Below are positions 20,317 through 30,145 of a DNA stretch of 64,000 nt, one piece after another (within the stretch, counting starts at the first letter, position 1; each line of letters opens with the position of its first letter). Source of the DNA: an uncultured virus (IMG/VR IMGVR_UViG_3300021387_000062). Taxonomy: Duplodnaviria > Heunggongvirae > Uroviricota > Caudoviricetes. The notes below the pieces were generated by a model. The model was not told the origin of the DNA, did no database searches, and saw only the letters and a list, made by a program, of their open reading frames with translations. The DNA is taken from IMG/VR virus record IMGVR_UViG_3300021387_000062; one strand, 5' to 3'. The position numbers were made by a program, and so were the translations under genes.

Positions 20317-21455
20317 GTACAATATTAATATATGATTGGGATTTCTTCCATTATCCCCAAGTCATGCCTAATTTAGAGTGCGCCAAATATGCAGCTTGGC
20401 GCAAATAGAAAAAAGATATAGTTGTATTTAACGATAATTTAAATCCATCTATGTATAGCAAAACTTTTTTTAGAAAAGAATATGATGATGGAATTTATGA
20501 TGACATTATTTTGAATCCAACTGTCGATTATGGCGGCCGCGCCTTCTCGCAGATATATAAACAATTTGATCCAGAAATGGAACATATATATCCAGATTTT
20601 GAGATATATCGAAAATATAAAGAGTTATATGGCACTAAAAAGCGATAGAGAGAAGAAATTAGAACTATTCTATATGCTACTCATGCACGGCTTTCATTAG
20701 ATGGAAGAACATTAGAAGATTTTCCATATGAACGACTTTAGCCACGTCATCCATCTGTAATTTTACATGATTATGATTTAGCTTCTATACCAAATGCTTT
20801 TGAATTGTTAGAAGATGTAAGTAGACAGAGGCCGAGTGGCTTGCCATATAGAATTGGAAATAAATATCCAATCAACGTATATACATTTGATGAACTCATG
20901 AAATGGCTTAAACTGCCGCCGATGGGTACATGTTTTTATCTATAGTATAATGGATTATTTACAACCGATGAGTTGGCCGCCCTATGCGAAAAACCTATTC
21001 TTGGACTTCGTCAAATGATTTATAACTTTGCATTTGGATGCTCCGACGAAGATGATTTTATAGATCACCGTCTATCAGAATTTTATAAGCAGTTATTATT
21101 TTTACGGAGTCATGACACAAAGATTTTACTTAATATAGACAACGAATTATTTAAAACGAGAGAATTAATTATTCTTATAAAGTTATTTAGTTGTTATTAT
21201 GGGCGATCTTATTGTGAATTTATTCGTCCACATCGAGAAACACTTTATGAATGGTGTGCTTGGAAACATAGAGCATATATTGAAACAGTGCCCTGGAATC
21301 ATATTTCTATAACTCAACAAGAAATGCGTGAAAGTTTTCAATATATACGGCAACGTAATTACGATGTATTTGATATGTTTTATAGTACACCAAATGTAAT
21401 AATATAGGGAGGAAAACTGATTAATGAGTGGCATCGAAATTAGAAAGAAAATTGA
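20313..21455 (+). CDS. Degenerate radical-SAM-like phage protein (several TAG)
   Basis: MPNLECAKYAAWRK[Q]KKDIV and GGRAF...EHIYPDFEIY resemble the N-terminus of phage radical-SAM proteins; no CxxxCxxC; frame open apart from TAG. Confidence 0.55.
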
Positions 21456-21621
21456 TGAAAATAATGAAAAGATTCGTAAAGCACTTGATAAATTTGTGCT
21501 TACAGATGAAATTCAACTTCTCATGAAAGTTAATGATGAATTACGTGCAAAATGTGAGCATCATTTTGTAGACGGAATTTGTGAATATTGTGATTCCTTT
21601 GAGGACCAAGTATATGATTAA
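21424..21621 (+). CDS. Small Zn-finger hypothetical protein
   Basis: GGAGG RBS; CEHHF...CEYC. Confidence 0.65.
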   Translation: MSGIEIRKKIDENNEKIRKALDKFVLTDEIQLLMKVNDELRAKCEHHFVDGICEYCDSFEDQVYD

Positions 21622-21817
21622 ACTCTATAGCACTAATTGCCCTAAATGCCGCGCGCTTGAGATGAAATTGGATCGAGCTGGAATCCAATATGAAGTCTGT
21701 AATGACTTAGTAGAAATGACAAAGAGGGATTTTGCTTCTGCACCTATGCTCGAAACAGATGATGGGTTATTTGATTTTTCAGAAGCAATTAAATGGGTGA
21801 ACGCGCATGAACATTAA
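21614..21817 (+). CDS. Glutaredoxin (NrdH-like)
   Basis: LYSTNCPKC..L and SAPML motifs, adjacent to nrdD. Confidence 0.85.
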   Translation: MIKLYSTNCPKCRALEMKLDRAGIQYEVCNDLVEMTKRDFASAPMLETDDGLFDFSEAIKWVNAHEH

Positions 21818-23786
21818 TATACGAACAAAGAAAAATTTCCAAACTTAGTTTAATAAAATGGCTGAGACATACGGTGAAGAATTTTTAAAATTACAAGGTC
21901 TCGATGATGAAAAATTAAGTCTTACCGATTTTATTGAAGGCTTTATTGATTCAGACAATGTTGCAAATGCATCTGTTGATGCGAATGCTAATATTGCACA
22001 AAAAGACATTGTAACTCTTTTATCAGAAATGTCCAAACCGCATCAAAAGCTTTTGGCTTTTAATAAACTTTATTATGAATTAAATAAGAAATATGGCTTT
22101 AAAACTGCTAATGAAGCTATGGAAGCCATGTGGAATTATGCGCTTTATATGCATGATTTTAATACTTCTACTTTCTATCATTATTGTTTTGCTTATGATA
22201 TTAAAGATATAGTTGAACGTGGCTTATTCTTTATTGAAAACTATAATGCAAAACCGGCTAAGCACTTAGATAGCTTTATCCAGATTCTTATGGAAGGAAT
22301 TGCATGGCTCAGCCGCCGTCAAAGTGGAGCCGTAGGATTACCTAATCTCATTCCCTATCTCTATTATTTTTGGAGCCGGGATGTGAAAGCTGGATATTAT
22401 ACTAAAGATCCAGAAACTTATAAGCACCAACAGCTTCAAGCTCTTATATATCGCCTTAATCAACCTTGGGTTCGTACAGATCAAGCCGCATTTACAAATG
22501 TAAGCGTTTTTGACCATCCGTACTTTGAAGCTATTTTTGGTGGCTCTATATTCCCAGACGGTGAGTTGATGATTGATGAAGAAGAAGAAATTATTCAATT
22601 CCAGAAAGATTTTATTGACGTGGTTAATGAAATTAGAGAAGAAAATATTTTTACATTCCCAGTTTTAACTGCTTCACTTCTCTTTAAAGGACCACTAAAT
22701 CAAATTAAATTTGAAGATGAAGACTGGGAAGAACAAATGGGTGAATATGGCTTTGTTGATAAAGAGTTCGCGCGCTGGGCTTGTGAAGCTTCTCGTAGAT
22801 GGAATCTCTTCAATTTCTTTACTGATAGTACAGTCAATAGTCTTAGTAATTGCTGTCGTTTAAAGTCTGATGTAACTGATCTGTATTTTAATTCTATTGG
22901 TGGTTCAGCACTTAAAGTTGGTTCTGTTAAAGTTTCTACTTTAAATATCGCGCGGCTGGCTTATCAAAGTAATTCTGAACAAGACTTTTTGGTGCGACTT
23001 CGTAATCTTACTGAACTGAATTTAAAAATTCTTGATGTTCAGCGAGATATTATTCGTAGAAATGTAGAGAAAAATCTTCTTCCAAGCTTCTCTTCTGGAT
23101 TGGTTGATTTTGAACACCTTTATTCTACCGTTGGTATTAATGGTATCTATGAAGCAATTAAAACATTTGGGTATATCAAAGTTGATGAATTTGGCAATAC
23201 TTCATATACAGAAGAAGCTTACTCATTAGGCCGCCGCATCTTTAATGTGATTAAAACTTGTATTGATAATTTCTCTCTTGATAAAGACTATAAGTTCAAT
23301 ATCGAGCAAGTTCCAGCAGAGCAAGCTGCTGCAAAGATGCAAGCCGCTGATAAATTCTTATACCCCGATAAGGTTGTAGAAGATCTGCCTCTTTATGGGA
23401 ATCAATGGATTCCTCTTGGAATTAAAGCAACAATTCTTGAACGTACCAAAATTTGCGCGGCATTTGACTCATATTGTAATGGTGGTTCAATTGAACATAT
23501 TAATGTTGATAAGCCATTCTCTACTTTTGATCAAGCTTGGGAAATGTTAAACTGGGTTGCAGCACAAGGAGTTACTTACTTTGCATTTAATGGTAAGGTT
23601 GCCCAATGTAAAAACTATCATAGTTTCTACGGAAAGATTTGCCCTGTTTGTGGCGAGCCAGTTGAAACTGAATACACAAGAATTGTTGGATTCTATACAC
23701 CAACCAAAACCTATTCCAAAGAACGTAAAGCCGAATTTAAACTTCGTGAGTGGTTGCCACTTGATGAAGAAGGAGCTTCGGCATGA
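21807..23786 (+). CDS. nrdD: Anaerobic (class III) ribonucleoside-triphosphate reductase (TAG at codon 14)
   Basis: YMHD, YCFAY, QSGA, SNCCRL, EQVPAE, NGGSI, CPVCG, TRIVGF glycyl-radical motif. Confidence 0.93.
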
Positions 23787-23885
23787 AAAAATATTTGTTG
23801 TGGTTAATTACTGGGGTAGAAGATGGATGGTTAAAAGTTGACTAGAAAATTTGGCGGCAATATCTAATAGCGAAGGAGATTATTA

Positions 23886-24413
23886 ATGAAGCTGAGAGGA
23901 TTAAATGAATACGATATTTGCAATTTTAGGCTTGCTTCTATGTTTCTTATATTTCCTACCTGTTCCTTTAAGTGTGATAGAGAATGTGGAAAACCTATAT
24001 GCCAAAACTCAAGTTTGGTTCAAGAACCAGAAATAGAAATTGAAACGAGAGAATTAATATATCGTTATATTAAAAATCCAATAACTCATGCTGTAGTATG
24101 CGGCGGCCTTGAGCCAATGGATAGTTGGGATGATCTTTGGAGCTTTTGCTGTCAATTTCGTGGTTTTTCACATGACCCCATTGTAATTTATACTGGGTAC
24201 ACTGAAGAAGAAATTCTAGATAAAATAAAAGCACTTAGTCAACTTCATAATATCATTGTAAAATTTGGACGATTTATACCAGATTCTCCACATATATTTG
24301 ATACGATTTTAGGAGTAGAACTTGCTTCTAATAACTAGTACGCAAAATTTATAGATAGTGGTGAAGAATTTGAATATTCAACAAAGGCTGGTGGAAAGGA
24401 TTCGTATGAATAA
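23886..24413 (+). CDS. nrdG: NrdG-like radical-SAM activase (TAG at 24336)
   Basis: CSFKC...CQN, GGLEP, YTGY, KFGRF, LASNN[Q]YA. Confidence 0.85.
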
Positions 24414-24912
24414 TGAATCATTAGCAGATGGATACATCAAAATACCTAATCCTGATTTTATAAAACGAAAGAAAATTGAAGAAGATATAAGATTAAATAA
24501 TGGGTATTGTCTTTCTAAACCAAAAGAAGAAGGTAATAAATGCATCTGTAAAGAATTTGAAGAACAAAAATGTACTGGACCTTGTAAGTGTGGACTTTAT
24601 TATAAAATATTAAAAGCTCCGAAAGTATGTCTTTGCGGTAGTACACGCTTTAAAGACAAATTTTTTGAAGTAGCAAAAGATTTTACTTTAAGAGGATGTA
24701 TTGTTACAATGCCAATGGTATTTGTACATAGTGGTGATGAAGAAATAAATGAAATTCAAAAAGAATACCTTGATGAAGTTCATAAAGCAAAAATTGCAGA
24801 TGCAGATTTAGTTTATATTATAAATTGTGATGGATATGTAGGTAATTCAACCCGAAGCGAAATTAATTGGGCAATAAAGCTTGGAAAGAAAATAGAATAT
24901 TTAGAATCGTAA
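24406..24912 (+). CDS. Ferredoxin-thioredoxin-reductase-like Cys cluster fused to an NDT-like Rossmann domain
   Basis: GYCLSK...CICKEF...GPCKCGLY followed by VCLCGSTRF...HKAKIADAD...GYVGNSTRSEI. Confidence 0.6.
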   Translation: MNNESLADGYIKIPNPDFIKRKKIEEDIRLNNGYCLSKPKEEGNKCICKEFEEQKCTGPCKCGLYYKILKAPKVCLCGSTRFKDKFFEVAKDFTLRGCIVTMPMVFVHSGDEEINEIQKEYLDEVHKAKIADADLVYIINCDGYVGNSTRSEINWAIKLGKKIEYLES

Positions 24913-24984
24913 ATTTGACTTTCTCTTCCATTTATGATATAATATATATATAAATGGAAGAGAATTGTTATAAGGAGATGTTAT

Positions 24985-25539
24985 ATGAAAGCATATTTGG
25001 CTGGGCCAATTTTCACATATGGAGATCTTTTAAGAAATACAGAATGGGCAAAAAAGATTCGAAATGCTTTTCCCGATATTGATTTATATAGCCCAGTAGA
25101 AAATACAGATATAAATGGTGTAGAAGGAAAGAAAAAATTTGCTGGAAGTAAAGAAATTGCAAAAGCAGATAACGACCGACTTGATAAAACAGATGTTCTT
25201 ATTGCTTGTATTGATGGCGATGTTTTACCAGCAGGGACTTGTGCCGAAATTGGAAAATTTCATGAAAAAATCGCCCGTGGTGACGACAAATTCATTGTAG
25301 GAATTTGTACCGATAATCGCCAGTGCCACTTAACTCATAGTGAAGCAAAAGATAATGGTGGCGCGGCAAGTCTTGGTGAACAGCAATATAGTTATCAAAA
25401 TCTTTACGTAACAGGTCTTATTAAAGAATATGGCGTACTTGTATCGAATATTGAAGATGCAATTAAAGAAATTCAAAAATGGCTTGATCCAAGACCTAGT
25501 ATAGAAGAAATTGAAAGATTCTGGAGGGAAAGTGAATGA
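24985..25539 (+). CDS. Nucleoside 2-deoxyribosyltransferase-family protein
   Basis: YLAGPIF, YSP, DVLIACID, GTCAEIG. Confidence 0.85.
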   Translation: MKAYLAGPIFTYGDLLRNTEWAKKIRNAFPDIDLYSPVENTDINGVEGKKKFAGSKEIAKADNDRLDKTDVLIACIDGDVLPAGTCAEIGKFHEKIARGDDKFIVGICTDNRQCHLTHSEAKDNGGAASLGEQQYSYQNLYVTGLIKEYGVLVSNIEDAIKEIQKWLDPRPSIEEIERFWRESE

Positions 25540-26756
25540 TTTATAATGTAGAAGATAAACCGCCAATTGGTAAATTACTTTTGTTTGCTCTTTAGATAAT
25601 GCTTAGTTGCTTTACGGCAACAGCATTGATTGGCCAAGTATGCGGCGTACCGCTCTCTGGAGCTTTTCTTGGTGCTGGATTAGCGACAATTTTATATATG
25701 ATATGTACAAAAGGAAAATCTCCAATGTTTATTAGTAATAGTGGTGCATTTGTCGCACCAGTTCTCGCGGCATTGGCCGCAGGTGGATATACAGCGGTTG
25801 CAATTGGTGGTGCCGTAGCGTGTATTGTATATACAATCTTTGGGTTAATTTTTTATAAGATTGATGTAAACTATTTATATAAGTTTATGCCAAAGGTATT
25901 AATTGGATCAGTTACAATTGTAATTGGTATTAACTTGATGGGGTTTATTCCAGGATATATTGGTGATACTGGTAATTTAGGTCTTGGAATCGCGTTAATT
26001 ACCGTATTAGCAATTGCTCTTTCAAGTCATTATTTCAAAGGCGCGCTGTCGATGTTTCCATTCTTAATCGGTACTTTAGTTGGATATGTAGTAGCAATTC
26101 CTTTTGGTCTTGTTGATTTTTCAAAGTTTGAAGGAATACATCTGTTTACATTACCAACAGCCGCATTTATGCACTGGGAGCACGTTGAGTTTAGTGCAAT
26201 GATTCCAATTATAGTAATGTATATTGCTTTTACAGTTAGTGCTATCTGCGAATGCCTTAGTGACCATGCCGCCCTTGGAAATATTGTGGGCCGAGATTTA
26301 TATAAAGATCCAGGACTTGGACGTATTTTCGTCGGAGAAGGTGCCGCAAATCTGGCGACTAGTTGTTTTGGCGGCCTTGGAGCTTGTAGCTATGGTGAGT
26401 CAGTTGGCACTATTGGTTTTAGTAAATGTGGAGCAACAATTGTAACATTCGCCGCAGCATTAATGATGATGGCACTTGGTTTTCTTGAACCAATTCAAGC
26501 CTTTGTTGCTTCTATTCCAAGTTGTGTTATTGGCGGTGGTACTGCTTGTGTACTGTATGGTTTTATTAGTTCAAGCGGTATTAAGTTGCTGAAAGATGTT
26601 GATTTAAATGTACAGAAGAATTTGATAATTTGTTCTGTAGTACTTTCGCTTGGAATTAGTGGCGTGGTATTTAACAGTGGAGACTTTTCACTGAGTGGCA
26701 CTGCTTTGGCACTGATCGCCGGCATTATCCTTAATTTAATACTGAGGGATGAATAA
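25536..26756 (+). CDS. NCS2 (UraA/PyrP-like) nucleobase permease (TAG at codon 20)
   Basis: Multi-TM protein; EDKPP...FAL[Q]; SNSGAF, ECLSDH, SYGES, SIPSCVIGG, YGFISSSG motifs. Confidence 0.88.
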
Positions 26757-27466
26757 TGAAAAAGATTTTTAGTTTAGTTATATGCTTATTACTCTTATGT
26801 AGTATAGTAATTTCAGCATCAGCTATTAATATTGATGCTATTTAGCCAGATACAAACGTAATATATATTGGTATTACTGGCTGTGATATTCCAGTTGAAG
26901 GATTACACACGCACTATGGTGATCGCTCAACGTTTGTTGTAATTCCGGGTGAAAAATTAGAAGGCGTATATAGAAATCCAATTACTGGGAGGCCAGTTGA
27001 AACCACTACACAAGAAACGGCTGAACAGACACAAGATGAACCGGCCGCAGAATTACCAGATGAAGACCAGTCAATTGAGTATAATATTGACCATGAACAA
27101 TTAATCAAAGATATTTTTGAACTAGTTAATCAAGAACGAGAAAAGAATAATGTCCCCGCTCTTACATATAATAAAGAGATTCAAGACGCCGCAGATTTAC
27201 GTGCTAAAGAAGCCTCTGAGTCTTTTTCACATACGCGGCCAGATGGTAGCTCTTGTCATGATGTTATTAAATTAGAATACTATGCAACTGGTGAAAATTT
27301 ATTGATGGCTGATAAAGAAATTGCTACTGCTGAAAATATGATGAAAACTTGGATGGATTCTGAAGGTCATCGTGCAAATATCTTGTTAAAAGATTTTACT
27401 GAAATGGCAATAGGAATTTATGAAAAAGACAATATAGTCTATGCTACACAAATATTTTTGGGGTGA
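26756..27466 (+). CDS. Secreted CAP/SCP-domain protein (TAG at codon 30)
   Basis: Signal peptide MKKIFSLVICLLLLCSIVISASA; LVNQER, FSHTRPDG, GENL, WMDSEGHRANIL. Confidence 0.85.
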
Positions 27467-27469
27467 GAT

Positions 27470-27739
27470 ATGAAACCATTTGTAATTTATGCAGAGAAAA
27501 ATTCAGTAAATGTTACAATGACTAAAGCTGAATTTGAAAAATATATAAAAGAAGCCTATGATGGTGGATATGAAGATGGATATAAAGTTGGTAAAGCTTA
27601 GCCCATAAAATGGGAACTACCCAATACTATAAATGTAAAAGATTACCCAGTTACTAATCCTATTTATTATGGTACTGGTACCCCTACACCACCAAATCCA
27701 AATCAAATAACATGTGAAGCACATAACACAGTTGAGTAA
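27470..27739 (+). CDS. Hypothetical protein (one TAG)
   Basis: MKPFVIYAE...EAYDGGYEDG...; open to TAA under code 15 and fills the gap between neighbours. Confidence 0.55.
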
Positions 27740-27750
27740 AAGGAGTAAAA

Positions 27751-27969
27751 ATGAGACAACTTAAAGTTACAGAAGAATTTAAAGCATATACAGAAGAAGA
27801 AGCAATTCAAGCACTTAATGATCTTCGCGCGAATCAAAATAAAGGTGGCTACACACTTGGCGCGAATGGATATAAGTACAAGACAAAAAAAGCAAAAGGT
27901 GAAATAATCGCTGAAGCTTGGATTGTAACTGCGACAAAGATTTATGGTGAGGTGTGGGAAGATGAATAA
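27751..27969 (+). CDS. Hypothetical phage protein
   Basis: AGGAG RBS, 72 aa. Confidence 0.7.
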   Translation: MRQLKVTEEFKAYTEEEAIQALNDLRANQNKGGYTLGANGYKYKTKKAKGEIIAEAWIVTATKIYGEVWEDE

Positions 27970-28858
27970 TGAAGAAAAAATGGAAGCTCTTGATAGTATA
28001 AGTCTGGATTCTTTAGATCTTCTTGACAAAGCTATCAATGATCCAGAAAGTAATGGTTTAAAAGTTTTCTCTGCACTTCTTATGATGCCAGATGAAGATT
28101 TTGAAATTGTACGTCCACTTTTTCAAGAAGAATTAATTAATGCGTATAGTGAGCCACAAGCTCAAATGCAACTTGTCCAAGCTTTTGCATTGAGTGGCAT
28201 CTCTGTTGAAGAATTAGTAAATCACATTGATGAAATTACTGAATCCATGTTTAATAATTTAGAAATTGAGTTGAGTGAATCAAAGAAAGATTTTCTTAGA
28301 TTGATCTTCACAGCAGCAGCGAACTCAGTTTCTTCATCCACTATTAATCCAGCTCATATTGTAGAGATTCCAGTTGAAATTTGTCGTGAAAATGCAAAGC
28401 TTCCTACTTATGCGACTAATGGCTCGGGCGCGATGGACATTTATTCTCCAGAAGAATACAATATCGAATGTGGCTAGACAATTATTATTCCTATTGGTAT
28501 TAAAGTTTCTATTCCGCATGGATATGCTCTTCTTATTCAACCACGTTCTGGTATGAGCGCGCGCATGAAAATTAGAATTCCTAATAGCCCTGGCCTTATT
28601 GATGAAGACTATCATGAAGAGATTGGAGTTATAGTTGAAAATACTGATGTTCGTGTAAAAGATGTAGACATTGATCCGACAAGTAGTCATGCACAACTAA
28701 TAAAAGAATATGGTAGACTTCTTACTATTGGTAAAGGAGAACGCTTCGCTCAGATGCGTCTTGTTGAAGTACCGCGAGTAAAATGGAGAGAAGTTAATTC
28801 TCTTGGAACTCAAATTAAAGACCACGGAAAGGGATTTGGTAGTACCGGGGTGAAGTAA
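27962..28858 (+). CDS. dut: Trimeric dUTPase with a long acidic N-terminal extension (TAG at 28475)
   Basis: GSGAMDI, PRSG, GLIDEDY, GERFAQ, GFGSTG motifs in one frame. Confidence 0.88.
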
Positions 28859-28859
28859 T

Positions 28860-29585
28860 TTGGCTCGGATAAGTATTGACGAGATAAAAACAGATGTAGC
28901 TTCAGCTGGCTGGACGTTAATCAGTGATACATATCAAAATCTCGACTCTAACTTGGAATTTAAATGTGATAAGGGCCACGCAGTTGTGGCCCCTTGGAAA
29001 AAAATTCGTGAAAATAAAATCTGTCCCACTTGTATGAGAGAAAGACTTAAAACAAAAGAATTTCGCAATACTAAAAAGAAAAAAGACGAGTATAGAATAC
29101 TCGCTTTAGATTAGGCAACTCATACAAGTGGATATGCAGTTTTTAATAATAAGAATCTAATTGATTATGGAAGTTTTGTTGCTTCTGGAAATGATGATAT
29201 TGAAAGAAGTGTTGACGTAAAATAGTGGATGATTTCTTTAATTGATTAGTATTAGATTGATTTTGTAGGACTTGAAGGAATCCAATATCAAACTGCGGCC
29301 GGAGTAACAACTTTTGAGACGCTCGCGCGCCTTCAAGGTATACTTGCTGCGACTTGTGTTGAAGAAAAGATTTCATATAAGATTGCTCCAACAAATACTT
29401 GGAGAACTCATTGTGGTGTAAAAGGAAAATCAAGACCAGATAAGAAGCGAAGTATGTAGCGACTTGTGAAAGAGTGGTTTGGATTAAGTCCTACTGAAGA
29501 TGAATGTGATGCTATTGGCATCGGAAAATATTTTAGCGATATATAGTCGCCAAGGGTGGAAATAATTGATTGGGAGAGTGAATAA
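28860..29585 (+). CDS. RuvC-like Holliday junction resolvase with N-terminal Zn ribbon (6 TAG)
   Basis: CDKGH...CPTC; ILALD[Q]AT...SGYAV, GLEGI, LARLQG, DECDAIGIG. Confidence 0.82.
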
Positions 29586-29586
29586 A

Positions 29587-29769
29587 ATGATTGTTTGTAC
29601 ATGTGATCATTGTGGAAAAGTTGTAGATACATGGAATACATTAAATATTACATTACGTGGTAATAACTGGCAAAGAGAGATTTGTAATGATTGTTATAAA
29701 GAAGTAAATACAAAGACAAATGAATTCGTTGATAGTATTACGGTGACAAATCATGACGATAACAAATGA
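29587..29769 (+). CDS. Zinc-ribbon protein
   Basis: CDHCG...ICNDC; GGGAG RBS. Confidence 0.6.
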   Translation: MIVCTCDHCGKVVDTWNTLNITLRGNNWQREICNDCYKEVNTKTNEFVDSITVTNHDDNK

Positions 29770-30115
29770 TCAAATTATAACAATAAATAAGGGTTTAGCA
29801 GAATTAGAAGAATTAGATTTGCCCTTAAATATTAAACTTAGTTATAATCTTGCTAAAAATCGTTAGATCTTAAATTCATATTTAGGATTAATTGGAAAAT
29901 CATAGACAGAAATTTATTTAAAATATGGAGAAAAAACTGGTAGAACAGAGTACAAAATACCAGATGAAAACATAGAAAGCGCACAAAAAGAATTAGAAGA
30001 ATTATATAGTATATCTAATGAAATAGCTTTAACTAAAATCAATATTAATGATTTTGAAGATAATAAAGTTCCATTTTATGTATTAGAAAAATTATTGCCA
30101 ATAATTGAAGAATAA
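29753..30115 (+). CDS. DUF1617-like small phage protein (2 TAG)
   Basis: LPLNIKLSYNLAKN...KYGEK...YKIPDE...QKELEEL pattern; ends just before a terminator. Confidence 0.55.
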
Positions 30116-30145
30116 AAAATCCAAGGTTAAAACCTTGGATTTTTT
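30114..30145. terminator. Bidirectional intrinsic terminator where the + and - blocks converge
   Basis: AAAAAATCCAAGG-ttaaaa-CCTTGGATTTTTT. Confidence 0.8.

Noticed and set aside
23783..23908. 41-aa TAG-containing ORF between nrdD and nrdG
   Set aside because: Plausible (AGGAG RBS, overlaps both neighbours) but too short and motif-free to support as a feature
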